Both the position numbers and the translations under genes were made by a program. Below the pieces are notes generated by a model. That model saw only the letters and a program-made list of their open reading frames with translations. It was not told the DNA's origin and did no database searches. This document shows, piece after piece, positions 7,824 through 12,488 of a DNA stretch of 12,488 nt (its first letter is position 1; each line of letters opens with the position of its first letter). The DNA is from Candidatus Hermodarchaeota archaeon. GTDB lineage: Archaea > Asgardarchaeota > Lokiarchaeia > Sigyniarchaeales > SOKP01. The DNA lies in contig JBHLLO010000082.1 of assembly GCA_048885535.1 (NCBI GenBank), positions 1 to 12,488 of the forward strand, written 5' to 3'.

Positions 7824-8504
7824 TTATGAGTTTTTTTTTTTAATATCTCTGTTAAATAACTCAATTATGTCAGTGAACTCAATCTCTGATAAATCATTTA
7901 TGATTAAATCCGCATTAAAAAACTCACTCCTCTCATGTGTGGTAGTGAGCGCTATAACTTTCATTTCTGCTCGTTTAGCAGCAGTAATGCCGACAGGAGC
8001 ATCTTCAACAACAATGCAGTTCTTCGGGCTTAATTTTAATTTTTTAGTGACAGCAAGAAATACATCAGGAGCAGGTTTTCCAGTTTTGACATCATCACCA
8101 GTAATTATACAATCAAAATAATTTTTTATTTTTAGAGTTTTCAATAGAAGTTTCACATTAGCTGTTGGTCCACTTGATCCAACAGCTAATTTAAGTTTTT
8201 TATCTTTAAGGCTTTTGATTAAATCTAATGCTCCAGGCAAAGGTTCTAGTTTATCCTTAACCATTTCACGATAATATTTTTCCTTAGAATTTGCCCAATT
8301 TTTGATTTTTCTTTGATCAATATCAGGCCCAACTAACTTCCTTATAATATCAGAACTAATTTGACCAAAAGTCTCCTCAAAAAGATCTTTTGTAAAATTT
8401 TTACCGATTTCATTAGCTAGTTTCACCCAACTATCAAAATGAATTGGTCCAGTATCCGCTAACACCCCATCCATATCAAAAATGACGCAATAATTATCAA
8501 ACAT
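7824..8504 (-). CDS. HAD-superfamily phosphatase (beta-phosphoglucomutase/CbbY-like, subfamily IA)
   Basis: Motif I FDMDGVL, motif II SS, motif III GKPAPDVF and motif IV VEDAPVG. Confidence 0.93.
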   Translation of the reverse strand: MFDNYCVIFDMDGVLADTGPIHFDSWVKLANEIGKNFTKDLFEETFGQISSDIIRKLVGPDIDQRKIKNWANSKEKYYREMVKDKLEPLPGALDLIKSLKDKKLKLAVGSSGPTANVKLLLKTLKIKNYFDCIITGDDVKTGKPAPDVFLAVTKKLKLSPKNCIVVEDAPVGITAAKRAEMKVIALTTTHERSEFFNADLIINDLSEIEFTDIIELFNRDIKKKNS

Positions 8505-8594
8505 AATTTTAACTGTTGAAAATGACTAGAAAAAATTATAGTTAATCAATAATTATAATTTTAAAATACAATTTTTTTAAATTTTTATAAAAAA

Positions 8595-8729
8595 GGCCTG
8601 GTAGTCTAGCATGGATAGCAATTCTAGGCTTAATAGCTTTGCATGAACAGGGCGCTGGCTTGCGGAGCCAGATGTACATTGAAAATATTCCTGTACTGGA
8701 AATCGAGGGTTCAAATCCCCCCCAGGCCA
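8595..8729 (+). tRNA. tRNA-Arg(GCG) with two non-canonical introns (about 32 nt in the D-loop, ~8616-8647; 28 nt at 45/46, 8674-8701)
   Basis: Acceptor GGCCTGG/CCAGGCC plus discriminator A; D-stem GTCT/GGGC; uninterrupted anticodon arm CTGGC-TT-GCG-GA-GCCAG (anticodon 8662-8664); T-arm GAGGG-TTCAAAT-CCCCC. Removing 32+28 nt from 135 leaves a normal 75-nt cloverleaf. Confidence 0.9.
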
Positions 8730-8734
8730 CTTAA

Positions 8735-9490
8735 TTATTCAATAAAATTCAGGATTTCAGAAATATCATTCACTTTTTTATAATTCTGGGTCTTAATTTC
8801 TTCTTCGAAAGGGAATTTAAACATTCTTTTGCAAAGTATTGTTGTTGATCCCACTCTATTTCCTCCGACTATATCACTCGGTTCATCCCCACAAACTATA
8901 CATGATTGTGGCGAATTTAATCCCATTTTTTTAATAGTATAAAGAAATATATCCGGATCTGGTTTTCTTTTCCCAAATTCTGCAGATGTGACCACGGCAT
9001 CAAAAAAATTTAATAAATTATACCTTTTAAGCAGATTGATTATTGTATTATGATGTGGGTGATTAGATAGAACAGCTAATTTGAGATTTTTAAATTCTGA
9101 TAATCTTTCTAAAGTATCTTTCGTTTTTTCAAAGGGAATCCATTCTTCCTCTTCATAAGAATGATATATACTCGCTAATTCTAAAAAAAAGTTTTCATCT
9201 GCATTCTCAAGATTTAATTCTTCCCAAATTAGTTCGAATATATGAGATGTGGGATATTCAATTTTAGTTTTAATACTTTGTCTAAAAAGCAGGGCTCTTT
9301 TGGTTTTAAATAATTTAGAAAATCTCTTTGTTATTGCTTCATTATCTAAGACTTTAGTGTTTCTTAATTTTTCTAGAGTTTTTTTAAGTCCTTTTCTATA
9401 ACACTCAAAATATTTTTCAAGAGAAACCTCTTTAAATTCAAATAATGTGAAGCCAAAATCAAAAATTAAACCTTCTACTTTCATACTCAT
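8735..9490 (-). CDS. HAD-superfamily hydrolase (subfamily IA)
   Basis: FDFGFTL (DxGxT variant of motif I), LSN, RKPDPDIF and GDEPSDIVGG. Confidence 0.9.
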   Translation of the reverse strand: MSMKVEGLIFDFGFTLFEFKEVSLEKYFECYRKGLKKTLEKLRNTKVLDNEAITKRFSKLFKTKRALLFRQSIKTKIEYPTSHIFELIWEELNLENADENFFLELASIYHSYEEEEWIPFEKTKDTLERLSEFKNLKLAVLSNHPHHNTIINLLKRYNLLNFFDAVVTSAEFGKRKPDPDIFLYTIKKMGLNSPQSCIVCGDEPSDIVGGNRVGSTTILCKRMFKFPFEEEIKTQNYKKVNDISEILNFIE

Positions 9491-9618
9491 CCTTATTAAG
9501 ATTTTTTTAAAATTTTAATCTATCTCTCTCTTTTTATAAGTCGAATCTGATTTAGATTTGTTAAATTATTAATAATAAACAACTTTTTGAATTAAATTAA
9601 TAACTTAATTGAAGAGTA

Positions 9619-10119
9619 ATGTCAATTAAAAAATGGTTAGAAGATGAGAAAGTCGGTGAGGAGAGAAAAAGAAGAGAAGAAAAATATAATAAGTTATCTG
9701 AGAAAGAACAAACTGAATTAAAAAAGAAAAAGATAAAACAGATAGTTCAAAAGGAAAAAAAAGAAGCAAATTCAAAATCAGAATTTCTTAATGAGGTTTT
9801 AAAATTTAATGAATGGTTAAACCAAAGAAAATATATAAAAGGAGATATAGATAAAATTGAAACTTGGATAAGGAATTTATACAAAAAGCTTGCTTCAGAC
9901 ATTGATAATGTTCAAAATGACATGGAATTAAAAAAGGCATACAATCAAATTCCTGCTAACTTTTTAGATGAGAAAACAAGAATTGCATTAAATAAAAAGT
10001 TAAGAAAAGTCAGCAGAACTTCATCTGATAATTACTTTCTTAGAAAACTAAACAATACAATAAAAGAAAGATTAAAAGAAGCGGAGTATTATGAGATTTT
10101 AAGGAAACTTCTAGAATAA
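9619..10119 (+). CDS. Hypothetical protein (Lys/Glu-rich, helical/coiled-coil)
   Basis: 166-aa ORF filling the gap, co-oriented with the downstream nucleotidyltransferase; no recognised motif. Confidence 0.75.
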   Translation: MSIKKWLEDEKVGEERKRREEKYNKLSEKEQTELKKKKIKQIVQKEKKEANSKSEFLNEVLKFNEWLNQRKYIKGDIDKIETWIRNLYKKLASDIDNVQNDMELKKAYNQIPANFLDEKTRIALNKKLRKVSRTSSDNYFLRKLNNTIKERLKEAEYYEILRKLLE

Positions 10120-10170
10120 CGATCTAAATTAATAATTTTCTTTAATTAATCGAAACTAAAAAGAAATAAA

Positions 10171-11259
10171 ATGTGGTTAATTTGTCCTATTGCTGGAGTT
10201 GGAACGCGTCTTCAACCCTTTACTTATGCTAAGCCTAAAGCCTTTTTAAAGGTTGCAGGTAAAAGACTTATTGATCATATCCTCATTAAATTGAAAAAGA
10301 CATTTCCAAAAAACACAAATATTTGTTTTGTTTTAGGGTATAAAAAAAGGCAGATTGAGGAATATTTAAAACGCAAATATTCAGATTATTTTCACCTACA
10401 ATTTGTTGAACAAATTCCGTTAGGGTACGAAGCAGACACTCCTTTTTTTAGTGGTTTAGGAGATGCTATTCTTTTAGCTAAAGATTATGCAATTAATGAA
10501 GATTGCTTTATTTTTCTGAGTGATCGACTACCTTTAGATGACTACTCATCTATTCTTTTAGCTTATCATCAGGGTGAGTGTGATGGTGTAATTAATATAA
10601 AGAATGTAAAAAACCCTCAATATTATGGTGTAACTATTTTAGATGAGAAAGGGTATGTTAAGAAGATAGTGGAAAAACCAAAGGATTTCCTTTCCCATTA
10701 TGCAGTATCTGGAGCATATTTATTTGGAAAACGATTAACTCCAAGATTATTCGAGTTGTTAGAAGAGCAGAGCCAAACTAAACTTGAAAATGGGAAGGAA
10801 CACCAATTAACTCCCATAATTCAAAAACTCATTGAGGAGGACGCAAAACTTAAAGGTAATGAAATGAAAAATGAAATTTTAGATTTTGGTCGTCCTGAAA
10901 GCTTATTAGACGGAAACCGTCATTTACTTTCTGAGTTAAAGGGAGAAGATCCTTTATATGAAGATTATTTTCATACCGGGAATATAATTGATTCAAAAAT
11001 AGTTCCTCCCGTATTTATTGGAAAAAATATAAAAATATCTAATTCTGTAATAGGTCCTAATGTATCGATTGGTGATGATTTAACAATCGATAAATGCATT
11101 CTTTCTGAATCCGTTATCGGAGATGGTGTAATAATGAGAAAAATAATCTCTGCCAATAGCATAATTGGAGATTATGCCATTTTAGAAGATTTAATAAAAA
11201 ATAATATCACTATTGGAGATTCTACTTATATTACTACCTCTAATATGAAATCTTTTTAA
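10171..11259 (+). CDS. Sugar-phosphate nucleotidyltransferase (glucose-1-phosphate thymidylyltransferase-like, long form with C-terminal left-handed beta-helix)
   Basis: AGVGTRLQPFTYAKPK signature, GLGDAI, YGV, VEKP and DFG; C-terminal hexapeptide repeats (PVFIG, SVIGPNVSIG). Confidence 0.88.
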   Translation: MWLICPIAGVGTRLQPFTYAKPKAFLKVAGKRLIDHILIKLKKTFPKNTNICFVLGYKKRQIEEYLKRKYSDYFHLQFVEQIPLGYEADTPFFSGLGDAILLAKDYAINEDCFIFLSDRLPLDDYSSILLAYHQGECDGVINIKNVKNPQYYGVTILDEKGYVKKIVEKPKDFLSHYAVSGAYLFGKRLTPRLFELLEEQSQTKLENGKEHQLTPIIQKLIEEDAKLKGNEMKNEILDFGRPESLLDGNRHLLSELKGEDPLYEDYFHTGNIIDSKIVPPVFIGKNIKISNSVIGPNVSIGDDLTIDKCILSESVIGDGVIMRKIISANSIIGDYAILEDLIKNNITIGDSTYITTSNMKSF

Positions 11260-11274
11260 AAGAAATTATTTTAA

Positions 11275-12486
11275 TTATAATTTTGGTCTTTTATTTTGCC
11301 AGGGAGCAATTTCTTCAAAAGCTTTTGAAACTTTTAATACTGTTAACTCATCAAACCTTCGTCCAATAATCTGCATTCCTATAGGTAATCCCTCTTTAGA
11401 AAAACCAGCAGGAATTGAGGCTGCGGGATTACCCATCATATTAATAGGAAAGGTAAATGGCATCCATGCTATAGGAGATACTCCTTCTCCATTAATTTCA
11501 GTTGGAAACCGAATACCTAATCTAAAGGCGGGAATTGCCGTTGTAGGACTTATGATTACATCATACTCTTTAAATTGACTATAAAATGCAGCATATATCT
11601 TTTTACGTAATGCAAAAGCTTTCATAACAGAAATACTATCATAACTGAATCCAGCATCAACAGCTTTAATAAATTCAGGATCTATTTTGGCCCTCCATTT
11701 CGTTAATAATGATTTTAAGTCGTAAGCATAACATGCCGTCCATAGAGTTAAGAAAGGTAAATTGGGGGCTCTTAGCTTTATTTTTACCTCACTAACTTCC
11801 CAATCTAATTTTTCAAACTTTTTAACAGAATCTAATATGCATCTCTCAACGTCATCATCAATCACTTTTGCATAGCCAAAATCTATTGAGTATCCAATTT
11901 TTAACTTTTTAGGGATTTGTTTAATTTCTTCACTATAATTGATCTTTTGCTCTGGTAAACTTTCCATGTCACCTTCATAAGGACCTTTCATAACATCTAA
12001 CATAAGAGCTGCATCTTTAACGTATCTAGCAATAGGTCCTTGAACTGATAATGAGTATCCTGCAAATCCTATTGAGGGATATTGAGGAACTCTCCCATAA
12101 TGGGGCTTAAGACCATAAACTCCACATAGTGCAGTTGGGTGCCTTAAGGATCCACCTCCATCGGATCCCTGTGCTAAAGGGCTTATTCCACTAGCAACTG
12201 CCGCAGCAGCTCCTCCACTTGATCCTCCTGTTGTTCTTTCCAAATTCCATGGATTGAGACTATCCCCAAAAATTAAATTATAGGTCACTCCTGCCCATCC
12301 AAACTCAGGAGTATTTGTCTTTCCTAAAATTACACATCCTGCTTCTTTTAATCTTTTAACAACAATTTCATCCTCCTCGGGAATAAAATTCTCGTATATT
12401 TTTGATCCAAATGTAGTCCTAATTCCTTTAGTAAATACTAAATCTTTTAAGGATGTGGGTACTCCATGTATTAAACCTAACTTTTT
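11275..12486 (-). CDS. Amidase signature family protein (N-terminus outside the window)
   Basis: The frame stays open to the window edge (KKLGLIHGVPTSLKDL...GKTNTPEFG), followed by GGSSGG and GSDGGGSLRHP, giving the Lys/cisSer/Ser triad. The GTG at 12288 is not the real start. Confidence 0.93.
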   Translation of the reverse strand, partial: KKLGLIHGVPTSLKDLVFTKGIRTTFGSKIYENFIPEEDEIVVKRLKEAGCVILGKTNTPEFGWAGVTYNLIFGDSLNPWNLERTTGGSSGGAAAAVASGISPLAQGSDGGGSLRHPTALCGVYGLKPHYGRVPQYPSIGFAGYSLSVQGPIARYVKDAALMLDVMKGPYEGDMESLPEQKINYSEEIKQIPKKLKIGYSIDFGYAKVIDDDVERCILDSVKKFEKLDWEVSEVKIKLRAPNLPFLTLWTACYAYDLKSLLTKWRAKIDPEFIKAVDAGFSYDSISVMKAFALRKKIYAAFYSQFKEYDVIISPTTAIPAFRLGIRFPTEINGEGVSPIAWMPFTFPINMMGNPAASIPAGFSKEGLPIGMQIIGRRFDELTVLKVSKAFEEIAPWQNKRPKL

Positions 12487-12488
12487 AC

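Noticed and set aside
8542-8730. 62-aa minus-strand ORF (MAWGGFEPSISS...)
   Set aside because: It is the antisense reading of the tRNA-Arg gene; GGFEP is the typical translation of a reversed T-arm.
1169-11162. Other short ORFs (1169, 2251, 3407, 5058, 5599, 6609, 7545, 7867, 10971)
   Set aside because: All lie wholly or mostly antisense to better-supported genes and show no recognisable motifs.
11275-12486. Amidase as GatA, given gltX in the same window
   Set aside because: It has GSDGGGSLRHP and TNTPEFG rather than the GatA-typical GSDTGGSIRQP and NMDEF, and no gatB/gatC is visible. A generic amidase is more likely.
1-12488. CRISPR array, rRNA, SRP RNA or transposase
   Set aside because: No regularly spaced repeats, no long GC-rich structured segment beyond the two tRNAs, and no transposase motifs were seen.

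Overview
A very AT-rich archaeal window. The archaeal-type GluRS, SRP19, MtxX-like protein, intron-containing tRNAs without encoded CCA and the low GC suggest an Asgard (Lokiarchaeia-like) genome, but that placement is inference. Content in order: 5'-truncated SWIM zinc-finger gene plus a small hypothetical gene; about 500 bp of unannotated, palindrome-rich and possibly decayed DNA; hypA and srp19; tRNA-Pro(GGG) with a canonical 37/38 intron; two tandem paralogous small membrane proteins; an mtxX-like gene; a zinc-ribbon CPBP protease; gltX; a stand-alone Lrp/AsnC ligand-binding protein; a membrane protein; two HAD hydrolases flanking a tRNA-Arg(GCG); a hypothetical gene; a sugar-phosphate nucleotidyltransferase; and a truncated amidase. 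The most striking feature is the tRNA-Arg(GCG), which carries two introns at non-canonical positions (D-loop and variable loop). The second intron's splice motif can only form by displacing the anticodon stem.
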